From Eutreptiella sp. 'Long Island Sound 2002' (Eukaryota > Protista > Euglenida): a DNA stretch of 64,000 nt. The notes under the pieces were generated by a model, which did not search any database, was not told where the DNA came from, and worked only from the letters and a program-made list of their open reading frames with translations. This document shows, piece after piece, positions 1 through 12,659 of the stretch (positions are counted from its first letter, which is position 1; each line of letters begins with the position of its first letter). The translations under genes were made by a program, and so were the position numbers. The DNA lies in NCBI GenBank assembly GCA_964036045.1, contig OZ038378.1:84940001-85004000 (forward strand). The letters run 5' to 3'.

Positions 1-3000
1 CTTAGGCTAGGACATGGCATTTTGATTTTTGCTTTTGGGCGGCCCCCGAGGCCTCCTAGGCTAGGACTAGGGATTATGGGATTTGCGGGGGCTAGGAGGC
101 CTCCCAGACCCCAAAATGCCAAGCGAGCACATTTTTGGATTTGGGGGACTAACGTGTCCACTTGTGGGCCATTGCTGACTTTTTTCCCCGCTCTAAAGCG
201 TTGGGGACCCCCCAAGACTGCAAGTGATATGTAGCCAATTTGCCCGTTTGTGGGCCAGTGCTGGTTTTGATTCCCGCTTTGAAGCGTAGGGGACTCCCTA
301 GACGGTAGGTGTCGTGTAGCTAGTCTGTGCGCTTGTGGGCCCTTGCTGATTTACCCCCGCTTTGAAGCATTGGCGAATCCTAGACATCGTGAATTATGTC
401 GCCAATCTGCCCATTTGTGGGCCAGTGATGAATTTGTCTCCCACTCTAAAGCGTTGGGGACCCCTTATTCAAGATGGGTTATGTAGCCCATCTGCCCTCT
501 TGCGTGCCACTACTGATTCTATTCCCCGCTTTGAAGCATCGGGCACCCCCCAACGGCAATGTTGATTTCCATCCCCCGCCGTGAAAGGTTGGGAGCGCCC
601 TACAAGGCACGTGTTATGTAGCTAATCTCTTCAGTTGTGGGCCACTGTTGGTCTTGTCTCCTGCTCTGAAGTGTTGGGGACCCCGCCCCCCTGTACAGTA
701 GGTGTTCTGTAGCCAATATGCCCCCTTGCGTGCCGTAGCTGATTTCATCCCCCGTCTTGAAGCATTTGGGAAGCCATGGACAGTGACAGCTATGTAGCCA
801 ATCTGCCCACTTGTGCGCGAATGCTGCCTTCCCCCCCAACTCTAAAGCTTTGCGGATCCCCGAGACAGCAAGCGCTATGTAGACAATCTGCCCACTTGTG
901 GGCCACTATTGGTATGGCCCTCCGCTCTGAAGTGTTGGGGAACCCCCTCAAACGGTCGGTGTTATGTAGTCTATTCGCCCGCTTGCGTGCCACTGCCGAT
1001 TTTGTCCCCCGTCTTGAAGCGTTTGGGAACCCCGTGACAGTGACAATTATGTGACCAATTTGCCCCCTTGGCCGGCAACCGAAGCTAGGATATGGCATTT
1101 TGGGATTCAGGGGGTGATGGGATACCTCTGAGGCTGGGTAAGACACGACATTGTTGGCTTTGGAGAGCCTTGGAGGCCACCCGGGGTTGGACATTGTACC
1201 TTGGGATTTTGGGGGCTTGGCATGCTTGCCAGCCTAGAATTTGGCACTTTGGGAGTTTGGCGGCATTGGAGGCCTTCCAACTGAGACAGCACATGGCATT
1301 GTTTGTTTTTGGGCGCCTACGAAGCCTACTAGCCTAGGACATGGTATTTTGTTTGTTTGGGGGGGGCTAGAGGCCTTCCATGCCAAGACATGGCATTTTG
1401 GGATTTGGGAGGCGTGGAAGGCCTTTAAGTTTGGGGCATGGGATTTGGGGTTTGTTGACCTAGGAGGCCTCCCAAGCAAGGACATGGCATTTTTGGGTTT
1501 GGGGGGCTTGCGAGGCCTGCCATGCAAGGAAGTGGGTTCTTTGGATGTCGGGGGCTTGGGAGGCCTCCTAGGCTAGGACATGGGATTTTTGGTTTTTTGG
1601 GGGCCCGGGGCGCCTTCCATGCTAGGACATGGCATTTCGGGATATTGGGGCCTCCACGGCCTTTTAGGCTAGGACATGGCATTTTGATTTTTGCTTTTGG
1701 GCGGCCCCCGAGGCCTCCTAGGCTAGGACTAGGGATTATGGGATTTGCGGGGGCTAGGAGGCCTCCCAGACCCCAAAATGCCAAGCGAGCACATTTTTGG
1801 ATTTGGGGGACTAACGTGTCCACTTGTGGGCCATTGCTGACTTTTTTCCCCGCTCTAAAGCGTTGGGGACCCCCCAAGACTGCAAGTGATATGTAGCCAA
1901 TTTGCCCGTTTGTGGGCCAGTGCTGGTTTTGATTCCCGCTTTGAAGCGTAGGGGACTCCCTAGACGGTAGGTGTCGTGTAGCTAGTGTGTGCGCTTGTGG
2001 GCCCTTGCTGATTTACCCCCGCTTTGAAGCATTGGCGAATCCTAGACATCGTGGATTATGTCGCCAATCTGCCCATTTGTGGGCCAGTGATGAATTTGTC
2101 TCCCACTCTAAAGCGTTGGGGACCCCTTATTCAAGATGGGTTATGTAGCCAATCTGCCCTCTTGCGTGCCACTACTGATTCTATTCCCCGCTTTGAAGCA
2201 TCGGGCACCCCCCAACGGCAATGTTGATTCCCGTCCCCCGCCGTGAAAGGTTGGGAGCGCCCTACAAGGCACGTGTTATGTAGCTAATCTCTTCAGTTGT
2301 GGGCCACTGTTGGTCTTGTCTCCTGCTCTGAAGTGTTGGGGACCCCGCCCCCACGTACAGTAGGTGTTCCGTAGCCAATATGCCCCCTTGCGTGCCGTAG
2401 CTGATTTCATCCCCCGCCTTGAAGCATTTGGGAAGCCATGGACAGTGACAGCTATGTAGCCAATCTGCTCACTTGTGCCCGAATGCTGCTTTCCCCCCCC
2501 AACTCTAAAGTGTTGGGATCCCCTAGACAGCAAGCGCTATGTAGACAATCTGCCCACTTGTGGGCCACTATTGGTATGGTCCTCCGCTCTGAAGTGTTGG
2601 GAAACCCCCTCAAACGGTCGGTGTTATGTAGCGAATTCGCCCGCTTGCGTGCCACTGCCGATTTTGTCCCCCGTCTTGAAGCGTTTGGGAACCCCGTGAC
2701 AGCGACAATTATGTGACCAATTTGCCCTCTTGGCCGGCAACCGAAGCTAGGATATGGCATTTTGGGATTCAGGGGCTGATGGGATACCTCTGAGGCTGGG
2801 TAAGACACGACATTGTTGGCTTTGGAGAGCCTTGGAGGCCACCCGGGGTTGGACATTGTACCTTGGGATTTTGGGGGCTTGGCATGCATGCCAGCCTAGA
2901 ATTCGGCACTTTGGGAGTTTGGCGGCATTGGAGGCCTTCCAACTGAGACAGCACATGGCATTGTTTGTTTTTGGGCGCCTACGAAGCCTACTAGCCTAGG

Positions 3001-3240
3001 ACATGGTATTTTGTTTTTTTGGGGGGGCCTAGAGGCCTCCCATGCCAAGACATGGCATTTTGGGATTTGGGAGGCGTGGAAGGCCTTTAAGTTTGGGGCA
3101 TGGGATTTTGGATATTTTTACATAGGAAGCCTCCCAAGCAAAGACATGGCATTTTTGGGTTTTGGGGGCTTGCGAGGCCTGCCATGCAAATAAGTGGATT
3201 TTTTGGATCTTGGGGGCTTGGGAGGCCTCCTTGGCTAGGA
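1..3240 (+). repeat. 1662-bp tandem segmental duplication (1-~1580 vs 1663-~3240)
   Basis: Near-identical ORF-track peptides recur at a constant offset of 1662 (362 to 2024, 776 to 2438, 1092 to 2754). Confidence 0.95.
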
Positions 3241-6100
3241 CCTAGCTCGTGGGGCCTTGCGGATCATCGGAGGCCTCCCAAGCTAGGACATGGCGTTTCG
3301 GGATTTTGGAAGCGTCGGGGGCCTCCCAGGCTAGCACATGGTATTTTTGTGCATGGGAGGCCCCCCAAGCTAGGACATCCCACTCGGGGATTTTGGGGCC
3401 TAGGAGGGCCTCTAGCCTAGGACATGGCATTTTGGGCTTTGGGCGGGCGTCGGTTGCCTTCCATTCTACGCCATGGCAATTCGGGATAAAGGGGGCCTCC
3501 TTGGCCTCTTAGGCTAGGACATGGCATTTTTGGTTTTGGGGGGCCGGGGAGGCCTCCTAGGCTAGGACATGGGATTTTGGGATTAGGGGGGGCCAGGACG
3601 CCTCCCAAACCCCAAATTGCCACGCTGCCACAATTTGGGAATTCGGGGACCGATTAGCCCATTTATGGGCCACTACTAATGTTGTTCCCCGCTCTAAGGC
3701 GTTGAGGACCCCCCAGACAGCAAGTGTTATGTAGCTAATGTGCCCGCTTGTGGGCCACTATCCGTTTTGTCCCCCGCTCTAAAGTGTTCGAGACCCCCCA
3801 AGACGGCAGCCGTTATGTTACCAATTTGCCCACTTGTGGGTCAATACTCATTTTGTCCCCCGCTTTGAAGCGTTGGGGACTCCGTAAACGGCAGGTGTGA
3901 GGTAGCCAATCTACCTGCTTACGGGCCATTGTTGATTGTTGTTCCCCGCTTTGAAGCATTGGGGAGCCGTGGACATTGAGGGCTATGTCGCCCATTTGAA
4001 CGAGCACATTGGCTACATGGCACCGACCGTCTGGGGAGTTTCCCAGGACTGCAGCGCAGGGGAAAAAACCAGCAGTGGCCCACAAGTGGGTAGATTGGCT
4101 TCATAACCCCGTGCTATCAAGGGGGGTCCCCGACGCTTTGGAACGGGGGATAAATTCATTGGTGGCCCACAAGTGGGCAGCCGCAAACTAGATGGTCAAC
4201 ATCACAGGAAGCGATGTGAGTTGGAAGGTAGGGGGGTGAGTAGGCAAAGGAGCTTGCCACGTCCCCCTACCACATGGTCTCGTGCCCGACGAGAGAGGAG
4301 CGGGAGGGAGAAGATCGTGAGTAGGATGGTGGAGCTACACTGCGGGACGCAAGGCGCCGAGGGAAGACTACTTGCAAGATTCATGCCGACGCATGTTGGG
4401 TGAGCCTCAAACGAGCTCTAACTAAGAGTGCCAAACTTCTCACTACTGACGCGACGCGTTAACAGCGGGGGCCTATGGTCCAGGGGTCCGCAACGCACGA
4501 GCGGGCAAGAACAGGGAGGGGCACTGGTGCTTACACCATTATTATAGAACGAAGCGTTCCAAGATCCTCACCATTGTGAATAACACGGTATGATGCCATG
4601 TACAATCAGCACATATGTGCATACAGCAAGGCAGGATAGGCGTTGGGATGGGTTGAGGGCGCCATGTGGCACTTGGCACTTGAGACGTGCCCCCAACCCC
4701 ACCACAGGATACCCCTCACTAGTGGCCTGCAAATATGGGGTTAGAATATTCCCCACCAGCCACGGAGGCATGCAGGGGCGCAAATGAGCCCCAATACTAA
4801 CGTATAGTGGTTCTTCATCCTCCCTCAATGGCTTGGTCTGATGTTCCGGGCAGCCTGAATATTTGCGTGCCACTTTTGATTTTGTGCCCCACCTCGAAGC
4901 ATATGGGAACCCCCCGATGGCAACAATTATGTAGCCAATTTTTTCACTTGTGGGCCGCCCTCCCAAGCCATCAGATGGCATTTTGGGATTTTGGAGGTCT
5001 AGGAGACCTCCAAGGCTAAGTAGGACATGGCATTGTTGGTTTTGGGGAGCCTCAGAGGCCTCCGGTGCTAGGACATGGTATCTCAGAATTTGGGGGGCTT
5101 GGGACGCCTCCTAGCCTAGAATTTTGGGGGTTTGGGGGATTGGGAGGCCTTCTAAACTAGGCAGCACATGGCATTGTTTGTTTTTGGGGTGATACGAGGC
5201 CTAGCAGCCTAGGACATGGTATTTTGGGTTTGGGGGGGGGGGGGGGGGGCTAGAGGCCTCGCATGCTAAAACATGGCATTATGGGAATTGAGAGGTTTGG
5301 GAGGCCTTTCAGGCTAGGACATGGGATTTGGGATTTCGGGCCTAGGAGGCCTCCCAAGCTGGGACATGGCATTTTGAGATTTTGGGCACCTGGGAGGCCT
5401 GTCACGCATGGATGTGGTGTTTTTGGATTTGGGGGACTTCGGGGGCCTCCTGGGCTACGACGTCCCCCTTTGGGATTTGGGGGTCTAGGAGGGCCTGCCG
5501 TGCTGGAACGTGGCATTTTGGGATTTGGGGGCCTCCTAGGTTAGCCCAAATGGCAAACTGCCACGTCCTCGCCTAGGATACCTCCTTGGCCCCTATATGG
5601 CAAATAGCAATGTGCTAGATTGGAAGGCCTGCCAAGCCCCCAAAATCTCAAAATGCCATATGGTAGCTTGGGAGGCGTCCAAGGCCCCCCCAACACCAAA
5701 AATGCCATGTCCTAGCGTGGGAGGCCTTATAAGCCTCCCAGATCTCAAGATGCGATGTCCTAGCTTCGAAGGCCTCCCGGACCCACAGATCCCAAAGACC
5801 CATGTTCTAGCCTGGGAGACCTCCTAGGCCCCCCATATCCCAAAATGATATGTGCTTGATTGGAAGGCCTCCGAAGCCCCCAAAATCTCAAAATGCCTTC
5901 CAAGCTAGGACATGGGATTTTGGGGCTTTTGGGGGCCTGCCTAGGACTCGGGATTTTGGGGTGGGAGTGGCGTAGGAGGACTCCCATGCTTGGGCATTAT
6001 GGGATTGGGGCGGCGTGATGATTTCCCCCAGATGTCCGGGGGTATGTAGCTCATCTGCACACTTCTGGGCCATTGCCTATTCGGTTCCCCGCTCTGAAGC
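1..6100. repeat. Composite minisatellite field with alternating blocks of an ~85-nt unit and an ~46-nt unit
   Basis: Unit A is approximately TTTGTCCCCGCTCTGAAGCGTTGGGGACCCC...GTTATGTAGCCAATCTGCCCACTTGTGGGCCAC (about 150-1080, 1810-2740, 3650-3990). Unit B is approximately CTAGGACATGGCATTTTGGGATTTGGGGG...GGAGGCCTCC (about 1085-1800, 2745-3600, 4970-5545). Inverted A occurs at ~4050-4190 and inverted B at ~5600-5900. Confidence 0.9.
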
Positions 6101-6189
6101 CCCCCCCCCCCCCCCTCCCCAGGTAGCAAGGGTTATGTAACCAAGCGACCACTTGCTGGCCACTGCCGACTTTGTCCCCCATTGGGAAA

Positions 6190-6500
6190 TGTTGTGGTGA
6201 TGGACTCCCACGCTTTGGCGTGGCCCCTAGAGTTGGGATTATGGACTCCCACGCTTTGGCGTGGCCCCTCGCATTGGGGTGATGTACTCCCACACTTTGG
6301 TATGGCCCCTTGAGTTGGGGTGATGGACTCGCATGTTGTTGCGTGCCCCCTTGAGTTGGGGTGATAGGCTACCACGCTTTTGTGTGGCCCCTCAGATTCG
6401 GGTGATGGACTCCAACGCTTTGGTATGGCTCCTCGAGTTGGTGTGATGGACTTCCACGCTTTTACGTGGCCCCTCGAGTTGGGGTGATGGACTCCCATTT
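6190..6500 (+). repeat. 41-nt minisatellite (GAGTTGGGGTGATGGACTCCCACGCTTTGGCGTGGCCCCT), ~7 copies
   Basis: The unit recurs at 41-nt spacing (for example 6233, 6274, 6315). Confidence 0.9.
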
Positions 6501-6989
6501 GTTTGCCTCGCTGCATTAGGTTTCGGGTTTGTGGCCCCCAGCCATGCCACGTTCACCGATTTGATGTTTCCGTTTCTTCAATTCTTAATTTAGCCAAGGC
6601 TTGTGTGTTGCACATGTGGTGTAAGCGGGGAGAAGTGATTTACCCGTGTTGGTTGTGGCCCGCGACCACCACCTCGAGCCGCTATGACGATAGGCAACAT
6701 GCTTGCCGATGCCCATAGATGAAACCACCATATACAAGCAGCGGCACTAGTAGTTGTCTTTGTATAAAAGTGTGCCACGGTGTGATGGGATGGTCAAGTA
6801 CACAATGCATGTGTGCAGTCTCTTTGGCAAGGGGAATGGCAACTAGACACCATACATTTTCCTGTTGTCTACCGGTGCCTTATTCACGATTCCATGCCTT
6901 TTGAGGATGCTTTGGCGGTGGCCATAGAAAACTGATGAATCGGGAGGGCGCAACAGGTGGCCAAGAGTCATCTTGTCGTCGGCTAATGC

Positions 6990-7800
6990 TAGGCCTTCTA
7001 CAACAACCCGGACGCCGAAATGGACCTCAGGGAGGCCAAAATGGTGTTGTCATGTGTTAGATGGCTGTGCCGTTTGTGTGCAAGAGTGTTGTACTAGTTC
7101 TTGTATTGTTGTATGTTGCATGGGATGTGACAGGGTCCATCCGCATATTGGCAATTTACAGTTTACAAAATCAAATTTTTTTCATCCATGCCATTCAAGA
7201 TAAGGCGAGACAAAACTTTTGTTTCACCGGCAATGAAGCCATTAGCAGCCATGATGGCGGCACAAAACGACTCCAAGGGACCTTGTGCCAAATTTGTGAG
7301 TGAGAAGGGTGCCGTGCCTGACACAAGCATCTGCTCATCAGCCGTGAAGATTTGCCCCAAGGTCAAGGCTTGGTTGCAATGCTCGCATCATGTTTTACGT
7401 AATTTTACAGCTAAGTTAAGGTCTATAGTGTCACATACTACTAGCTGGGCCGAGCTCTGCAAGTGCCTCAAGACACTCTCCTCTGTGTGGTCTTTGGTGG
7501 TGTTTATGGCGGATTGGGCTGCGCTGGGTGCACAATATTGTACCTCCCCTGCATTCCTTGATTATGCGCAAAAGGAGTACACCGACAAGCGGACATATCG
7601 GTTCAGTGGTGCCTCACCGCTAGGCATCCCCCTGCCACACCGTCCGAGCCACATCGGAATATGCTCAAGTTTGAAACCGAGCATTGCATGTCCACATGCA
7701 CAGAATTCTTTGTCGCCGGTGGATCCCTCAACGATGGCATCGTGGAAGAAGACATTGCAGAAGTTAAGGGGAAGGCCTTGCCCGCAGTGCGCCCGCAGTG
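6990..7800 (+). pseudogene. Decayed MULE/Mutator-like transposase fragment
   Basis: ...DTSICSSAVKICPKVKAWLQCSHHVLRNF...AFLDYAQKEY... fits the MULE D...AVxxxxP...CxxH...N core; frameshifts lie upstream and downstream. Confidence 0.6.
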
Positions 7801-7970
7801 CACCCGCACTGAAAAGTTTGTATGTCGGCAAATACTCAGATCCTACTTTTGGCCCTTTCCACAAGTTTGTTGGTCCATAGCCGGGTTTTCAAAGCTTCTT
7901 GTGCATTTGGGAAGTGCCATATTTTACTTGTCACCAATTTTCACCCATTTTCCGCCATTGTGAGCCTCTT

Positions 7971-8365
7971 GAGTTGGGGATACGGACTCTCAACCCACGC
8001 TTTGTTGCGTGGCCCTCTCAGTTTGGGATACGGACTCGGACCCACGCTCTGTTGCATGGCCCCTTGGGTTGGGTATACAAACTCTCAACCCACGCCCTAT
8101 TGCGTGGCTCCTTGAGTTGGGGATACGGACTCTCAACCCATGGTATGTTGCGTGGCCCTTGGGTTGGGGATACGGACTCTCAACCCACACCCTGTTGCGT
8201 GGCTCCTTGAGTTGGGGATACAGGCTCTCAACCCATGCTCTGTTGCGTCGCCCCTTGGGTTGGGGATATGGACTCTCAACCCACGCTCTGTGGCGTAGCC
8301 TCTTGAGTTGGGAATACGGACTCACAACCCACGTTGTGTTGCGTTGCCCCTTGAGTTGGGGATAC
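7971..8365 (+). repeat. ~48-nt minisatellite (GAGTTGGGGATACGGACTCTCAACCCACGCTCTGTTGCGTGGCCCCTT), ~8 copies
   Basis: The unit recurs at 46-49 nt spacing and is clearly related to the 41-nt unit at 6190-6500. Confidence 0.9.
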
Positions 8366-11300
8366 CACATTGGTCCGGTACTTTATTTGGACATCTGGGG
8401 TGCCTCTCTATGTGTCACAAGACAGGTCAAGGCAATTTCAAGAGCGGAGGAGAAGCAAGACTTGGCAAGAAAGTTGCAAAAGATCCCAAAAAAGATGGAG
8501 GAGGCACTGTACGAGTGAGCCCGATGTTGCGGTACCGTGATGTTGTCAAGGAAAAATTAAGGGCAATGTGTGCTAACGAAGTTGCCATTTTGCACCAATA
8601 TAAGGGGCGTTGGCCGTGAACCCCACCTCTTGACTTAAGAGTTCGGAAGTGCAGAGTGGAATGGTGCCACTCGGTCCAAGACTTTTATGTTACAGAACCA
8701 ACAGCAAGGGGAACTCTAGGGGATAGGACATGCAATGAGGTTAATGGAACAATTCGGTTGGAGCTCAACGAGTATTGTCAATGACAACATTGCCGCAGTT
8801 GCCAGCATGCGTAAATTGTGCGCGACCCCACGAGCAGTGCCTCAAAATAAAATTGTCCCCAAGGTCTTCAACCATTTATGGTGATAAGGCACATTCTTGA
8901 ATTTATACTGGGCAAAATCAGACCTCATGCCTATTGATGCAATTTTCGGGCTGTCTAAGGTTACCCCCACTGCAATTACTGATGCCACGGAAGACACAGT
9001 GTCGAAGTGGAGTGTAATGATATTGGACATGATGAAACTGACCCATGTGGGGGTCAGTATGTGTCTAGGCACAGACTTCAAGATATGCAGGTTAAACAAG
9101 GGTGTGACTGTCTTTTGATTGCCCCGGCTACACAATAGAGACCGTGTTTTGTCTTCCTTGGTGGGGTGGGCGCGGCCAGGGATGAAGCACGTGTCTGAGT
9201 TTGTTGTTGCTTTGAGGGATAGAATCCACAGAGGGAAATTTGGGCATTCATGGTCGGGAATAGCTGGATTTCCCATTCCTCCTCCATTTTGGATTTCAGA
9301 ATATTTTTGTATTTGGGTGCTCACTGCTTGCCCTCCCGCCCTATAGTGTGAGTTGTTTCATACACTCAATGACACATATTGTACCCACAGCCAGCACAGC
9401 GGCCAGTGATGGAGCACGTGTTTGAGTTTGTTTTTACTTTGAGGGACAAAATACAGGGAGGGAAAGACAAGGGATTTCAGACGTCTCAAAATCAGATCGT
9501 TCCATTGTCCTTTTGTGGCACATTGTGATGGTTCTAGGCTTCAAGGTGCTAGCCCAGTACTCCTCGGAGTTCATTGCCCAACGGCCCTTCAAGTTGGGAT
9601 GTGTGGAACGCTTGCTCACTGCACGGGCGGAACCACAAAAACAGTCTTCTTCCAAGAGAGCCCGCAAGAAGGGAGTGAAAAAACGAGGTCCACGACCCGG
9701 GGCGGGGGGCGGGCCCGGTCCTTGTATGCGACACCCCCCAGCCCCCCCCTCCCTCCCCCACACACCCCCTTGCGGTATGCATGTGGTAGTAGTGGGGCGC
9801 GCGCAGCCCTCCCCCCCCCCCCGGCCGAGCTGCCAATACCCCCCCGTTGGGGTGGGACTTTTTTTGGTGTATGGGTGCTGATGGGTTCATGGCCTCTCAG
9901 TTCATTGTCAGACAGTTGCAGTCTGATGGCTGGTTGCCTGGCAGCCTGGCAGGCAGGTTTCACTTCTGCCCATAAGGGGGGGGGAGAGGATGCCCAGGCA
10001 CCCGAGGGTCCAAGAGAGCAGGTGCGATATAGAAGTAAAAACGTGTAAGTTCCTCTCGTGCCCTCTCGCTCGGGCGTACCCCCCTGCTTGTGTCTTGTGT
10101 ACTGCTTTGGTGGCTGGTTGGCTGGGTGGGTTGGTGGCTGTCCAACACCCCCTCACCCCCCCCGGGACAATTCTGGGTCTCTGGGTTTTCCCAAAATCTG
10201 GGTGGGTGGGTCTCGCCCCCCCCCCCCCCCGTGTAGATAAGCACATCCCTGCTTTGTACCCTCTGTTGAACAGTGCTGACAGGTTTCGGCGGTTGCTCAA
10301 TTGTCGATGCATTGGACACTAGAATCCAAGATCCTTAGATTTGTACCTTGAATCTTGCACTTTGTACCTGTCAGTTGCCACACTTCCACTGTCCAAGAAA
10401 CGGCGGACCTAAGGTGCATTTTTTTTGTGGTGCCCATGATTGTCCGTCTTTGTAGGCAGAAAGTTGTGCCAATGATGTATTTGATATCTTTTTCACTGTC
10501 AAGAAACGGTAGACCTGAGTTTTGTTTTTTTCTTGAGTGTGCATGATGATCTGTGTGCGTAGGTAGAGAGCTGCGGCAATAATGTATTTGATTTAATTTT
10601 GTCACCTTTTTGTTGGCCATCTGTTTGCTACTGCTGGAGAATTGCCCGAGAACAATGTTTCAAGGAAAATCTGCGGGGGCCGCGGCAAAAAATACCCAAA
10701 AGGAATGGCAACAAGATGAAGAGCAAGGCCCGAGGACTCCTAATTTGGGTAGTTATGACCATGGTCAACAGATGGGCGCAGTCAGTAACTTATATGTCAC
10801 TTGCAGTGCAGGGAACTGTGTGGACCTGAGCAAGCCCTCATCACACCTTTTTCTCAAGTGGTGTCCCACTCAGTAAGGAGAGCCAACCTTGGGCCTTCCC
10901 GTCATTTTTAAGGATCACAGCGGAATTTTTCCTACACTAAGTTTTCCAGCACAAAATTTTCCTATACTAAATCCCCCCCCCCACCCCTTAGGTTTGTAAC
11001 TCTTGGACGAGCCCTTAGGAACACTATTTCAGGGTACTTCTGTGCCACATTGAAAGGCATGGCAATGTCACTGAAGAGCTTTTGGTACAGGCCGTTGCTT
11101 GTAGCTTGTGGCTTGCAGCGTAAAGATTCAGCAACATCCCTCAACAGGGCGGGTGGTGGTGGTCCGGAAAAACGTGCTCAAACAACCCCCCAACCCCGCC
11201 TGCAAACCTCGCCCCACAGTAACAGTATCTGTAACAGTATCTGTAACAGTGCTGGTTCAGAGTAATGGCTGGCTGCCTTTTGGATGGCGTACCAAGATGC

Positions 11301-12514
11301 CCAACATGTTGACCTACTATTGGCTTGGTTGATAATCAAGCAGGTGGCCCAGCAAAAGTGGCTGTATGAGATGTGCCCGCATCACTGCGATGACGCCCGC
11401 AGTGTCCAGTATCCAGGTTACTTAACCCACAACTGTGTCTCCTGCCTTGGGAGCAAAACCACAAGGAGTACTGTTGTTGTTTTTTTGGGGGTGGGGGCTA
11501 GAACACGCGGAGAGAAATTCGCAATGGCAAAATTTGGCACAACGAAAGTGCGCCAAATGATGCCATGGTTAACAAGCTGGGTCTCCCAGTGCAGGTTTTA
11601 CAACCCATTTTAGGGTCCAGGGTGAGCAATGTATTTTAGTAGCGAGCAGCAGCGGCAAGCAGCAGATGATCCAAAATTATTCGGGTGGACATTGTGCCTC
11701 AAAATTGGCATCCAAGTAGCCCAAAACACGCACAGCACATGCGCATCATCTAAAACAAGTTGCATGTCATTTTGAGCTGTCTCGCCTGTTCCATGGCCGA
11801 TTTCATGTCCAAAAATGGCGCTTTTCAGCCTGTTTTTAGGATCATCGTGAAAGATCAGGATGATTGCCAGTGTGTCAAGTAGGGGTCACCAACGAGGGCT
11901 GTTCTGCTACCGCAATGACCACGATGACCCACCTATCAAGTGGTTGCAAATGGGTGTTCAAAGGGGCCTCACTCACGCCGTGGTGCCATGCGGTGGTCCA
12001 ATTTAAGGCAAAACCGAGCCGTTTTTCAACCAGCTTCAATAAAACCACACGGACCCAACTCGATCCTCTTTGTAAGTCTTCATGTTTTAAGGTCCGAAGC
12101 CAGTTTTCTAGGTGTCATTTTTCGCGCTCTTGGAATGTACATTCCCGTTTGCTCAGAGACACCTCCGAGAAATAATAGCAAGCATCCAGAAGCCTCCAAG
12201 AAATAACAGCAGCCAACCAAAGCCCAGCACCCATTCACATCTATCCTTGTTGTTCCACAATCTGTGAATTTTATACCAAATTTTTGGTGGGATTTAAGAA
12301 TTGGTGCCAGATTCTATCCGCACCAAATTTTGCTGTTCCAAATTTCGCAGATACCCACATTTTCACCCTCTGATAGGTGCATAAAAGTTTCTCCCGGCCC
12401 ATCACCCTCAAGGCCCCGCCGTTATCCCCCCCCCTATTCCCCGCCTGCCCCATTTGGGCACCAGGCGACACCCTCTTCCACTGCCTCGCGGCCGTGCCCC
12501 GTTTCTCTCGTCAG

Positions 12515-12659
12515 GTCGCTGTGGGTGGGCCTTGGCCACCAACCGCCGCGCCACCCCGGCCACAGGCACTGCGGCTGCTGCAGGTGTACGGCAACGTGGG
12601 GCCCCTAACACGGCCTGTGCTGTGCAGCGCATCGCCAGGGCACGCCCTGTTCCCTGCAG
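12515..12659 (+). CDS. WDR90: WDR90-like exon (VAVGG...[30 protein letters not shown])
   Basis: Acceptor ctctcgtcAG at 12513-14 and donor GTGTGG at 12660; ends in phase 1, matching the next exon. Confidence 0.75.

Noticed and set aside
1-6100. Short ORFs of 60-150 aa in the ORF track
   Set aside because: They are translations of minisatellite units that recur with the repeats and have no domain content.
8760-8900. SWIM zinc finger of the MULE element
   Set aside because: The Cys/His spacing could not be recovered in a single frame.
10610-10876. Possible upstream WDR90 exon (MFQGKSAGAAAKNTQKEWQQDEEQ...)
   Set aside because: No recognisable similarity and ambiguous splice sites, so it cannot be supported.
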